A stretch of 64,000 nucleotides of DNA from Candidatus Bathyarchaeota archaeon (lineage in GTDB: Archaea; Thermoproteota; Bathyarchaeia; Bathyarchaeales; Bathycorpusculaceae): the NCBI GenBank assembly GCA_963782525.1, contig CAWAKC010000002.1, forward strand, positions 1 through 64,000, read 5' to 3'. Of this stretch, positions 50,375 to 61,158 are shown one piece after another (position 1 is the first letter of the stretch; each line of letters starts with the position of its first letter). The notes under the pieces are model-generated. The model saw only the letters and a program-made list of their open reading frames with translations. It did no database searches and was not told where the DNA came from. The position numbers and the translations under genes are program-made.

Positions 50375-50719
50375 TTAGCCTGCTTCTCTTTTTGTTGTTC
50401 CACATTTTGTGCATCGAAGGAAGGTGATTGTCGAATGAATGGTTTCGTCTGCAGCTTCTACGTTCCATGTTTCGCTTTCGTTATGACCGCATGTTAGACA
50501 GACCACATTAACTGTAGGAAGTTGTCTTAGAGATGCTGCCTTTTTGTCTATGACCGCAATTTCTACTGATTTACCACTGTGCACGTTTATTTTTTGTTTT
50601 GTTTCTTCTTGATTTAGCGGCTTTTGGTATTTGCATTTTGGGCATCTAAGTGAAGGAGTGCCCTTCTTGACTACTTGGAGCAAAGCCCCGCATTGTGGAC
50701 AGAAGTTCATGTTGGTCAC
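50375..50719 (-). CDS. TFS/RPB9-like transcription factor S paralog
   Basis: 'MNFCPQCG..L', 'CPKC', 'PTVNVVCLTCGH', 'AADE', 'FLRCTKCG'. Confidence 0.85.
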   Translation of the reverse strand: MTNMNFCPQCGALLQVVKKGTPSLRCPKCKYQKPLNQEETKQKINVHSGKSVEIAVIDKKAASLRQLPTVNVVCLTCGHNESETWNVEAADETIHSTITFLRCTKCGTTKREAG

Positions 50720-50922
50720 CTTAGGAGGCTTCTTATCTCAAATGATTTTTAAATTTTGTGACTTTCAGGATACAAATAATTTAATTTATGTTCTAATTGG
50801 TGCAGTGAGAGCAACGATTCCATTAGACAATAGCTTATTAATCCAGAGAAGAAGTTCTTTGAAAATGTAATTGTCTGTTGTCAAAAAATCCGTTTATATC
50901 TTTTGAAAATTAAGCATTAAGT

Positions 50923-52082
50923 ATGAAACGAGTTTTGATTTCTGGTGCTGGTATAGCAGGGCTCACCTTAGCTTGTTGTCTTGCGGATTCAGGTTGGCAA
51001 GTAGACATTATTGAAAAGGCAGGTGGCGAACGTAAAAGCGGGTATATGATTACTTTTTTTGGAAATGGCTGGAAAGTTGCGGAAAGAATAAAAATTCTTG
51101 ATCAGATTAAAGAAATTCGGTATCCTGCCCAAAAATTTCAATATGTGAACAGCTCAGGGAAACCATATTTCAATGTCCGACTTGAACTTGTCAAAAAAGG
51201 GTTGGACAAGAATATACATACCTAAGAAGACCTGACCTTGAGCACATTCTGCTTGAGCGCTCCAAGGAACTCTCAGTTTCTGTTAAATATGGCACGCAAG
51301 TTGCGGATATCAATGAAACACCCGATTCGGTAAATGTAAAATTTCAAAATGGCGACCTTAACTCGTACGATCTAGTTGTTGGCACTGACGGCATGCATTC
51401 TGGAGTCAGAAAACTAGTTTTTGGTGAAGAACATCAATTCGGCCGCTTCTTAGGTTATGGTGTGGCTGCATTTCAAACTTCATATCGAGATGAAATCGGC
51501 AACAGTATAAAAATCTATCAAGAACCCAACCGATCAGCGATTTATTATCCAGTTTCCGAAAAGACAATGGACAGCGTGTTTCTATTCTCTTGCAACAACA
51601 CGGAAAGGGTTCCCAAAGAAAACTACAAAAGCATTTTAGCAGACGCTTATGCTGGCTCAAAATGGATAAATCAGGAAGTAATTCAGAGCTCGCCCAACGA
51701 AAGCATAGGATTTTTCGATGTACTAAAACAGATCCAGATGCAGAAGTGGGCTAAAGGTCGGATATGTCTTACCGGTGATGCGTGCGCATGTTTAAGTCCT
51801 CTTGCTGGCCAAGGTGCTTCAATGGCAATGTTAGAAGCGTTTGTTCTTTCAAACGAGTTGAAAAAGAGCTCCAATGTCAAAGAATGTCTAGAGCGCTATG
51901 AAACCATCTTGAAGCCAGATATTGTAAGTCGCCAAGCTCAAGCAAGGCACATCGCAAAAAGATTTGTTTCCTCTACGACAAAAGAAATGGCTTGGTATCG
52001 ATGGCTTACCCACATGGAGTTTAGTTCTCTTCTTGTGAATAGGACTTCAAATGGATTCAAAGGGAAAATCTATCAAATTTAG
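50923..52082 (+). CDS. FAD-dependent monooxygenase (UbiH/aromatic hydroxylase-like), one-base frameshift near 51210
   Basis: 'ISGAGIAGL', bridging frame 'YLRRPDLEHIL...DLVVGTDGMHSGVR', 'GDACACLSPLAGQGASMAM'. Confidence 0.85.
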
Positions 52083-52829
52083 ATTCAAGTTCAAATCCGG
52101 TAGAAAACAACCCAATAGGGTAAGTCCGGTTGACTTATTTATTGTCCAAACATGTTTTGGTACAATTCGAGTGGCATACGAAAACATGGTTTTCCAAACT
52201 TAGAAAATCAAGCATTTTAGAGCAACCTGCCATGGTATTTGCCTTCTTTTTTCCAGAGTCGAATGGTTCTAAAAGAGAAAATCGTCATTGGCATTCAATT
52301 CTATACCCTTAATCACGATTTCTTTTGTTTGCCTTTAATTATATTAAATAACGTAGTACAAAAAACACAACAAAAAGCCCTTTAACAAAAAACAGGGCAT
52401 CTAATTAAAACGGGAAGTATGATCCCAAAATTGGAATCGTTTGGCTGGATCAACGTTGGCGGGACGCGGAGGCTATTTAGCCCAAGCAAACAACCTTGAC
52501 GCATCTGCACCAAAACGTGCTTTGATCCCCAAACGTTTACTCCCCCTTTTTTTAAAGTATTCAATATTTAGAAAACCAGAAATAAAATTTTGTTTTCAAA
52601 AAATGGCTATAGTAATTCAACCGATTACTCATTTAAAGCTCCAGGTTTCGGGTTAGTATAATTGACTCTGATTCCGCAAGTTGCATAGCAGTCTTTGCCA
52701 TCCCAAGAATTGACTGTGACAACCTGTGGAACATTTAGTTTTTGTACATATTCGGCAAGAAATTGTCTTCTGCGACACAGAACCCTTTTATCGTCCAATG
52801 TAAACCCTCGTCCTAAAGATGCAGTTCAA

Positions 52830-52982
52830 ATGGTCAAATGCCCAAGATGCCAAAAAGAATTCGCTAAACTAAAAAGTAGTCATGAAAGCGATTATTTCTC
52901 ATTGAAATACTACTCTTGCGATAACTGCAGCCACATTTTCAAAGTAGCCCGCGTTAAATATCCAACCAGTCTAAAGTTATAA
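52830..52982 (+). CDS. Zn-ribbon microprotein, paralog of 23753
   Basis: MVKCPRC...YYSCDNCSHIFKV. Confidence 0.7.
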   Translation: MVKCPRCQKEFAKLKSSHESDYFSLKYYSCDNCSHIFKVARVKYPTSLKL

Positions 52983-53832
52983 AAAACATCATAACAAAAA
53001 AGCAATAAAGCTTTTATTTTAAGAGGAACATATTCTTCTTAGCCATGAAGAACCAAAAGAAGAACCGCAAAGAGCGACGCAAAGAAATCCTGGCTGAAGT
53101 TCTGGATCAACAAAGTCTTTAGCGGTTAGTAAATATTAATCTTCAAAGAAGAGCTGGCCTTGAAGTTCTGACAAAGGATATGGATAGTCAATATGCTATC
53201 TTATCCCTTTGAAAGCGGAGGGCGTTTAGAAAGTTCTTGCATCTGTGATATGATGTAGCGATTCTTCTTAGGCGTCAAGGTTTTGCGGTGTTTGCTGTTT
53301 TTTCTATGTATTCTTTGATTTCGTACTGTAGGCTGGGTGCAGGTGACGTTGAATTATGTGTAAATTTGTTGTGGTTCCATGCCTGGGTAATGTTTTGAAT
53401 GGCAGTCTTCTTTTGGGCATCCTTCGCAGCTGCTAAAGTCGCCTTTTTGGCACGGTAGTGTATATGAGCGATCCAATATCTGTCACTTCCTTTTTAGTTA
53501 GTATTATATGTCATGTCTTGCTATACCAAGATGCTTAAAAGATTTGCTATCTCTGAAATAATATTAACCATATCTCAGGACGGTTTGTTGACTTTTAGGC
53601 GTTAAAGCTGGGAATTGTTTAGTTAATATTAGATATTTTTCTGAGACGGTGGCTTTTATGCAGGTACATTGATTTAAACGCGTAAAAAAATGCTTGGTCT
53701 ATTATTTGCGGATTAAAACTGCAGATTGTCTAATTTCGTTTTTTTGCGCTTCTGTTTTTCGCTAATTGCTTAGGAATATTTTGCATAGCTTTAAAAACAT
53801 TGTACGTCCTAACGATGTTTAGGGGGAACTCT

Positions 53833-54071
53833 TTGGATAGGGTAGAGGTTATGGCTCTCTTGAAGGAATTAATTGCTGGTAACATGGTAATCCCTCTTTT
53901 GTTAGCTTGTCACAAAGAATGCCCAACCATTATCAGCTTCAGATAAAAAGCGATTATTATAGATCAGAATTAGAAGAGTATGCAAAAAAATTCGGCTTAA
54001 GCATTGAGGAGAATAAAGAACAAAAATACATAGTTATTTCAAGCCACAAAAAATTTTTTTTGATTTTATAG
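53833..54071 (+). pseudogene. Frameshifted third member of the 'MxRxEA..LLKE' family
   Basis: MDRVEVMALLKELIAGNMV / NPSFVSLSQRMPNHYQLQIKSDYYRSELEEYAKKFGLSIEENKEQKYIVIS; GGGGGA SD. Confidence 0.6.
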
Positions 54072-54843
54072 CCAATTGAGTTCATATTTTCTCGGAGAAA
54101 ATTAATGTTAAGCGGATTTAGCCATGCAGTCATAATTGATAAAACGCAAAAGGATGGGGAATATTTTAACCTGAATTAGCAGCCTAATCCACTTAGCGCT
54201 TTGTCTTGTTGGTTGAATCTTGCCTGTCAGCACCTATCGCTTTGTAACGACATAGACGAATGTTGTTGTATCTTGATGCAACAACTCTTACTTTTTTTCG
54301 GAGAATTATTTTCAGTTTAAAGAAATTAGACATCGCCTTGGCTTCTTTGATTTAGCAGCTGCACGATATTTTCCACAATATTGATAGGGACCATAAATTC
54401 ATGTTGCACTTTTTTCTTGATGAAGGTTGCAGACATTCAGTTCAGGGCAACCCCCAAAAACATGACGAACCCTTTCCTTAAAAGCTCTCATAACTTTATT
54501 TCCTACTTCTCAAACTCTGCGTTTGCATATTTTTAAAGCGTGTTTCGAATATTGGAATATGATAGGATAAAAAAAACTAGTATTCTGCAAGACTTCTTGA
54601 TGGTTAAAAGCTTCCCTGATTAGTTCACTATATTGTTGATAGTTACTTTCTGAGGGTATTTTCACTTTTTAAGATGGATTACCTGCTCACAATTGGTGAA
54701 TATGGATGTTGTCTCCTTTACGCACCAACATACTGTCTTATAGTTTCTTTTCTTAAGTAATTTGAAGTTGAGCTGGAGAGATAGTATGGTAAAATGTCCG
54801 CTATGTGATGAAGAAGTCGGAATATCTGTTAAGTCTCTAAAAA

Positions 54844-56823
54844 ATGCTCAATTCTATGGAGATGTTGTTTATGTTTTATACCCAGCATTGTGATTTTTAT
54901 TTTGCAATTCATGAAAATGGATTTAACGACGCGATAAACCTGGCAATGAAATTCTTGCCATCCTTCTTCAACTACACAGACAAAACTAATTTCAATTCAA
55001 ATGTCGCCTGCGTTCCAATCAATCCAGACCCAAGCGTAACCGCACATGGCGATCCAATCGTATCGAAAATTTATCCTCCTAACGGTATTTATCAATCATT
55101 TCTTATACAATTCCCGCAGACACCTATCCCACTAACGCCGCTAACTATTCAATTACCACAAAATTCCCTCAATTATATTTTTCAACTAACAAAGCTACAA
55201 GTGGATTTTAGTCCTGGAAATGTTATTTCACTTCCAACAACAGTTCCACACCCGTTACCTGCTCAGAATCTTGCCATACATGCAGCTGTGGCTTTGGGGC
55301 TTTCTTGTCCTGATAACTCGGAGCTAATAAATTGCTTCTTGATAGACTTGTTTACTGAACTCTCACTCAAGAATTCTTCTTCGCCAAAGTTCCTTGATGT
55401 AAAAATGAAAGCTTTGGATATTCCCGAGTTAAAGCCAGACGGGCTGAGGAAGATTCTCGACTGTTATGCAATGTTTTTGACAAACGAAGTCTTTAGTTGG
55501 CTGAGCCTTCAGATAGATAACCTAGTTTCCAATCCGCTCCCCTTCACCCCCGGTGGCGTAATAAATAATATTCAAATCACTCCAGCTTCAATTCCAAACC
55601 AGAATAATCCGGCGCTTGAAAATGATCAGCTGAAATTATTTATGAATTTAACATCCCTAGACCTAAACTATGCTGGTGTATCTGTAGCCTCAAGTGGACC
55701 AAGCTCAAGCTTGTTACCCCCTGTCTCAAAGTCTCTACGCAGTAGACCAGGAAGCGGACCTAGTGACTTCACAATTGCAATATCCAGTGGAACGTTTAAC
55801 AAGATACTGGCTGACATCATAAGTGGATTAACGATTTTTGAAGTTCCAGCGCCATCTGGAGTTTACAACCCCGTACACCCATTCTCTAATCAACCCTGGG
55901 GTAAGTTTGATTCGCCCCCAATTCACATACAGTACAAAGTAGGAGTTCAACTTACCGGCGGAACAATAAGCCTGAAAGATCCCTTGGTTGGGCAGCCAAA
56001 CGGTTCGATTCAAGTTGATAACTTGCAGATGCTGTGGGACGAACTAAAGTTTCAGATTTCTATCGACTTGCCGCCATTTACCGTCGGAGGCATCCATACC
56101 GCTGCAGTGACTATCCCCAACCCATTTGGTGGCACCATAACTCTCATCCCTGCAATCGACTGGCCCGGACTGACGTTTCCAGGAGGGACCATTCAGATAC
56201 CACTAATAGATCTTAGCCCACTGAATTTAGTCAGCGAAGCCAGCTTCTCAGCGGAACCAGTTGTTTATTATGGTACGGGTAACCCATCAAATAATTTGTG
56301 CCCGAATAGATGGCAGTTCTACGTTGTACCTCAAGTTCCGATATTCGTCTGGCCAGTGTTCAGTTTCAATCTCACCAATGCAATTAAAGCAGGAATAAAC
56401 CAATATTTCAACGACTTACTCGGAAATAACCCGGGCCCAGTTGTGGATGCAATAAAAGCTGCTCTAACCGCTGTTCTAACAGGCGCATCTGCTTTTCTAT
56501 CGGATATCTTCACAGATATAGATTCGGTCACTCAAACTATCGCGGACATGATTCTCAACGACATCCCTGGAATTAAACAGGCTCTCGACAAGCTACTTCT
56601 CAACTATTTCACCAGCCAAGCACCGATACTCGAACTAACCGATCCATTGATAGGACCAAGCCCCACATCGCAGAATTGGGGATCAAGCCCGCTTGCTTCA
56701 ATTAACCTACCCGTCAGTGGCAGCATCGGTCCAGCGAAAATTATCCTCCCAATCCCGATCCCATATCTTGGAGTAACCGTTAATTCAAAAGAAATGGTGC
56801 TTGAAGGAGATATAGGACAATGA
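54844..56823 (+). CDS. Large Pro-rich hypothetical protein, two-part beta-rich architecture (likely start ATG 54871)
   Basis: 659-aa ORF; both halves begin with similar 'DFYFAIHENGFN' / 'DFTIAISSGTFN' motifs. Confidence 0.75.
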   Translation: MLNSMEMLFMFYTQHCDFYFAIHENGFNDAINLAMKFLPSFFNYTDKTNFNSNVACVPINPDPSVTAHGDPIVSKIYPPNGIYQSFLIQFPQTPIPLTPLTIQLPQNSLNYIFQLTKLQVDFSPGNVISLPTTVPHPLPAQNLAIHAAVALGLSCPDNSELINCFLIDLFTELSLKNSSSPKFLDVKMKALDIPELKPDGLRKILDCYAMFLTNEVFSWLSLQIDNLVSNPLPFTPGGVINNIQITPASIPNQNNPALENDQLKLFMNLTSLDLNYAGVSVASSGPSSSLLPPVSKSLRSRPGSGPSDFTIAISSGTFNKILADIISGLTIFEVPAPSGVYNPVHPFSNQPWGKFDSPPIHIQYKVGVQLTGGTISLKDPLVGQPNGSIQVDNLQMLWDELKFQISIDLPPFTVGGIHTAAVTIPNPFGGTITLIPAIDWPGLTFPGGTIQIPLIDLSPLNLVSEASFSAEPVVYYGTGNPSNNLCPNRWQFYVVPQVPIFVWPVFSFNLTNAIKAGINQYFNDLLGNNPGPVVDAIKAALTAVLTGASAFLSDIFTDIDSVTQTIADMILNDIPGIKQALDKLLLNYFTSQAPILELTDPLIGPSPTSQNWGSSPLASINLPVSGSIGPAKIILPIPIPYLGVTVNSKEMVLEGDIGQ

Positions 56824-56963
56824 TCGCTCTGGCAGCTTCTCCTATTTCTATTTATGCGCTTTTACCAATGATACTACTGAAAAATAACAGCTTCGATTTT
56901 TTCTATCGATGTTTTGGAGCTAAGAATAAATCGGTAAAAAAAAACTAATTACAGGCGTTTTTT

Positions 56964-57527
56964 ATGTCTAAAGAAAATAAAACAGTTAAAGACCATGAAA
57001 TTTTGAAGAAGAGCGAAGTACCCATTAGCAAGAAAGAAACAAAATTATCCATAAAACCCTCAAAAAAACAAGCAACCACAACACAAGTTCAGCCACAAGA
57101 CCTCTGGCAAGCTTTTGACGATACCTTTGCACGCTTCAGAACCGACTTTGAAGACCTCCTTTTTCCAGCTAATTGGCCTGAAGCATTCTCGTTTGTCCCA
57201 GAAATCAGAGTTCCGACAGTAGATCTAAAAGACGGAGAAAAAGAGTACAACTTAAAAGCAGAGATGCCTGGATTTAAGAAACAAGATATCGAAATTGAAG
57301 TACAAGCTGATGCAATAGCGATAACGGGAACTGCAGGCTGGAAATACGCTGAGAAAGGTCAACTATACATATGCAAAGAACGCGCATGCAAGACATTCTA
57401 CAGAAGAATCGAGCTGGCTGAAGAAATAAAGGTCGAAGAAGTCAACGCCAACTTGTCAGACGGTGTACTAGAGATAACTCTTCCTAAAAAAACAATAAAA
57501 GAAAAACGAAAGGTAACTGTAAAATAA
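56964..57527 (+). CDS. hsp20: Small heat-shock protein Hsp20
   Basis: 'PTVDLKD.EKEY.LKAEMPGFKKQDIEIEV', 'KER', 'ANLSDGVLEITLPKK'. Confidence 0.93.
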   Translation: MSKENKTVKDHEILKKSEVPISKKETKLSIKPSKKQATTTQVQPQDLWQAFDDTFARFRTDFEDLLFPANWPEAFSFVPEIRVPTVDLKDGEKEYNLKAEMPGFKKQDIEIEVQADAIAITGTAGWKYAEKGQLYICKERACKTFYRRIELAEEIKVEEVNANLSDGVLEITLPKKTIKEKRKVTVK

Positions 57528-57544
57528 ACTTGCAAATTCAGTAT

Positions 57545-57720
57545 TCAATAACAGTTGCAAATGATTGGTCTTTTTTCTTTTTAATGAAACAATTTTGAGA
57601 GAAGAAGTGGCAATTCAGCAGTCTTCTTCTACTCGTTAGTGATTATTCGCAGCTGGACTTTTGGTTTAAGTTGAAAGAAGAAAAAAATTTAATTTTTCCC
57701 TAATAGCAATTTTTCTTATT
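57545..57720 (+). repeat. Diverged second copy of the 49955-50222 hairpin element
   Basis: AGAAGAAG(57600-07)...CTTCTTCT(57623-30)AC; TAAGTTGAAAGAAGAA at 57667-82 identical to 50014-29. Confidence 0.6.
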
Positions 57721-57998
57721 GTAGGCTTGTACGATTTAGTCAAAACCTGTAATAATCGAGATGCTTTCATCGCAAAGATGTTTAAAACCTTTACAAGCTC
57801 CAAATAAATACGTCGTTTTCAGAGCTCTTTTACCAATCCAATTATTCAAGCCAATACCTGATAGTTCGCCTTTTAAAATCTACTAATCAGTTTTAGGTTT
57901 TTCTGAAGCGCTTGGTTGGTTGCTTGTTGTAGTGGCGAGACTACAGCATGATCTTATATCGTCAATCATCACTCTTAATATATTGGTGAATTGACCTT

Positions 57999-58334
57999 TT
58001 GGAGAAGATAAATTTGAACAAAAAAATTTTTCATGGAGCCATTCTTGAAAGCATACTGCTCAACCTAATAAACGAAACCTCGGACCAAGGTTTACATGGT
58101 TATGCAATCTTAAAGATGATGCAAAAAAAGTATGGAGTTAATTTGGGTTCTTCTGCAATATATCCTGAACTTGGGTGTCTAGAAAGAAGGGGACTTGTAG
58201 CTTCAAGCTGGGTGTTTTCGTTTGAAAAAGCCCAGAAGAAATATCGAATAACACGGAAAGGCCAGACTCTTTTGAAGGAATATTTTGTGGAGTTAAGAGC
58301 AGTTATTCCAGTTTTGGTTACGTGTAAAGTGTAG
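57999..58334 (+). CDS. PadR-family transcriptional regulator
   Basis: 'LHGYAI', 'SAIYPEL..LERRGLV', 'KKYRITRKG'. Confidence 0.88.
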   Translation: MEKINLNKKIFHGAILESILLNLINETSDQGLHGYAILKMMQKKYGVNLGSSAIYPELGCLERRGLVASSWVFSFEKAQKKYRITRKGQTLLKEYFVELRAVIPVLVTCKV

Positions 58335-58623
58335 GTGAATAGAAACAATTTTGGCAAAAACAGTTTACAAAAGAAAGATAAGTCATCCTCCGCTAAAACG
58401 TCTTGATTGATTGCCAGAAGCATTTTTTAATATTGTTAACCCAAAAATCGAGAAAGGCTACATAATGATTCACGTTTTATCATTTATCACAAAGATTATG
58501 CGTTTGAGCAAAGAAACTAATTGGCTTTCGACAGTTGCACGGATTTTTTGTAATAATACTTGAAATAAATAAAACTTATATAGTAATAGTTAAGTAATCA
58601 GATTGCAGTAGTGGGTCCTCTCT

Positions 58624-58851
58624 ATGGTAAAAACTACCGGCAGAAAAAAGCGTAGTAAACTCACAGTCGCAATACTTTCCCCAATTCTCTTAATTGTTTT
58701 CATAGTAGGTTGGGTGCTTTTCATAACGGGGCAATCAAGACATCAAAAGGTGAAACAAACACAAAAACCAATCAAAAGTACATCCGTTTCTCAAGACAAT
58801 GTTGAGTTAATTGTGATTCCCACCGAAGAAGAAATCCAGATCCAGGAATAA
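58624..58851 (+). CDS. Small single-TM membrane protein
   Basis: Basic N-terminus, 'AILSPILLIVFIVGWVLFITG'. Confidence 0.65.
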   Translation: MVKTTGRKKRSKLTVAILSPILLIVFIVGWVLFITGQSRHQKVKQTQKPIKSTSVSQDNVELIVIPTEEEIQIQE

Positions 58852-59132
58852 TAGGAACTTCATCTACAAATAATTAGAATTCGAATCCAGACCGTACAAA
58901 AACTAAAACTAATAAGCGACTAATTCTTATTCGCATAAAATGATCTTGATACATGGGACAATTAATTAAGGCAAAAGGCAAGATTAGCGCTGGCACTATT
59001 AGCTCCCTTTTCTAAAGCTAAAGTAGCTAGCTCTTTAGCTAACCTCCATCTGAGGAAACCGAATTGGGGCGCAACCAAGCTTACTTTAGAAAATGTTGTC
59101 ACACATTAAGGCAACAAAATTGAGCACATTGG

Positions 59133-59273
59133 CTAAAGCTTGCTGTGCCAAGTGATCCTGATTTTTTTTATTTGATTGTTCTTTCTTTTGTCTGTCCATG
59201 ACGAAAGGCATAATCCAACTAGAAAGATGGGCCCAAGAAGAGGTAACATGACAAATTTGATTATTCCGTTCAT
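59133..59273 (-). CDS. Small single-TM protein resembling 58624-58851; not in the ORF track
   Basis: MNGIIKFVMLPLLGPIFLVGLCLSSWTDKRKNNQIKKIRITWHSKL. Confidence 0.4.
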   Translation of the reverse strand: MNGIIKFVMLPLLGPIFLVGLCLSSWTDKRKNNQIKKIRITWHSKL

Positions 59274-59977
59274 TTTCAAAGCGTCCATTCCCCCAGTAGC
59301 GATTATTATCAAACTTAAGATAAAACTTTTTGCAAAGCCCGCTTCGCTAATTTGTCAAGTCTTGCACAATATCCATTAAAAGCAATCAGATCATAGATCA
59401 ATCCTAAAAAAGTGAAAATTTTCAAATTAAGTATTTTTCAACTGAAAATTTGTCTTAAAAACTTTGGATTTTTAAATTAATCAAATAAATGAGGCGAATA
59501 GTTGTTGAACTTAATCGCGAAAATTGAACGGGGGCTTTCAGTTGTCGTAATCGCGCCCTCGCTTGAGCTCGAAAACAAAGAACGAGCTGGAAGGCTCGAA
59601 GAAATGAAAATTATCAAAAAAACAAAAGTTACAATTTGACTTTTGACTCATTATGTTTTTGTAATATGGATGTATATAGTATCTTAGCTCTCGTTTCTTA
59701 AAGTACGAGCGGATGAAAGAAATGACAATCATGTACTTTTAGAAAACATATAATCAAAAATAAAGGTGTTGAACCATTTGACCCAAAAAACTACAGATGG
59801 AATTCGAAAACTATTATCTGAGCTAATATAGATTTCGAATATGCAGAAAATCAAGAATTGAATGATTCCCTTCCAAAAATACTTCAAACCTGCCCCTTTA
59901 CATAAGATGTGTGCACAAAATTAAGATGCCTCGAATGCACAAACTTTAGTTAAATAAGTAGATTTTGATCTGAAAAA

Positions 59978-60011
59978 AAATCAAAGAAGGATGCTAAACT
60001 TTCTTTGATTT
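59978..60011 (-). terminator. Hairpin plus U-tract terminator after the 60017 gene
   Basis: AAATCAAAGAA-12nt-TTCTTTGATTT with an adjacent A-run on the + strand. Confidence 0.55.
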
Positions 60012-60016
60012 CGCTG

Positions 60017-60559
60017 TTATTGTTCTATAGTGGTTATAGCGGTTTCGAAGCTAAAGTTAGTTATGTCGACTATTGTGGGTTCCACTTTTAGTGTTAATTC
60101 TATTGGAATTACCTCACCTGTTCTGAGAATTTGTCCAGCATAATTCCAGTTTAGAGAAATGTATCTCGACGTAGCAGATGGAGTCCACGTTAATGTGTTC
60201 AACTCTAACGTAACAGCTGAATTACATTCGTCCCTGACATAAACTGTCAAATTATTGCTTGAACTTAAATCTATTAGTCCCCAATTGAACGAAAGAGTTC
60301 TGTTTGTACAGGTTTGATCCCAGTAAACTCCGGCGCCTATTGCAATTACAGAATTTGCTTGGACAATACTTCTGTTTGAACCGAAGCCAGTGATGGCTGC
60401 ACCGAGAACTATGATAATTAAAAGGCATAATGCGGCCAGTAAAGTTTTTTTGTTAAAATTGTTACTGCGTGGTATAGTGAACTTAACTTTCGGCTTTACC
60501 AATTGTGTTCTAATTTTGTTTTGTGATTCGTTAAGGTTTTTTCCTGTCACTCTAAACAA
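60017..60559 (-). CDS. Membrane-anchored hypothetical protein with Ig-like domain
   Basis: TM segment, then 'GAGVYWDQTCTNRTLSFNWG...VYVRDE...LNWNY'. Confidence 0.7.
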   Translation of the reverse strand: MFRVTGKNLNESQNKIRTQLVKPKVKFTIPRSNNFNKKTLLAALCLLIIIVLGAAITGFGSNRSIVQANSVIAIGAGVYWDQTCTNRTLSFNWGLIDLSSSNNLTVYVRDECNSAVTLELNTLTWTPSATSRYISLNWNYAGQILRTGEVIPIELTLKVEPTIVDITNFSFETAITTIEQ

Positions 60560-60843
60560 CTTCTATATTATGTCTTAATACATTGTATTGAATTGTGGCA
60601 ATAAATAATGATGTGACTGCTAGGATGCAATCACAAATACGTTTCCAACAAACTCGACGATTTAAGCGATCAGGCGTCTTCATCCAACTGAGTCCAGTCC
60701 ACTTTTCCAATAATCGCCTTTCGCCGAGAATGATCTTCTGATTTTTTCTGCAATCCAAGAAGTATGAATTAATTTTTCCTTTTCATGTGTCTAAGAACTA
60801 TTTGTCTTGTAAACTAAAAATCTCCGAAGATTGTCAAGGTTGA

Positions 60844-61158
60844 TTACTTTGGCTGCTTTATCTTGCTGGCTACAATTAGTACCTGCTCTGTCAAGTAAGT
60901 TTCCAACAAGGCCAGTCTATCTGGATCATCATTACCCTGCTTGTGCTCGGCAATATGATTCTGTATGGCCTTGTTCATGGCTTTTAAATCAGGCACAACT
61001 AAGATTTCACATCCGCAATAACATCGAATGGTGCACGTGTCCATTTTGTGAGAAACGAATATACTTTTGTTGTCCTTATCGGAAGTTACGTAAACTTTTT
61101 GGATGCTTTTTTTGTAATGCTCGCTCACTTTACACTTGCCTTCTCTTGATTTAGACAA
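60844..61158 (-). CDS. CxC...HxxxH zinc-finger protein ('VPDLKAM' family)
   Basis: 'IRCYCGCEILVVPDLKAMNKAIQNHIAEHK...LETYLTEQVL'. Confidence 0.8.
   Translation of the reverse strand: MSKSREGKCKVSEHYKKSIQKVYVTSDKDNKSIFVSHKMDTCTIRCYCGCEILVVPDLKAMNKAIQNHIAEHKQGNDDPDRLALLETYLTEQVLIVASKIKQPK

Noticed and set aside
52089-52100. tRNA T-loop-like GTTCAAATCC
   Set aside because: No T-stem pairing or cloverleaf around it
52145-52525. Inverted 21-bp similarity giving SKHVLVQ in two convergent short ORFs
   Set aside because: Only 16/21 identity, no similarity beyond it and no target-site duplication; probably chance
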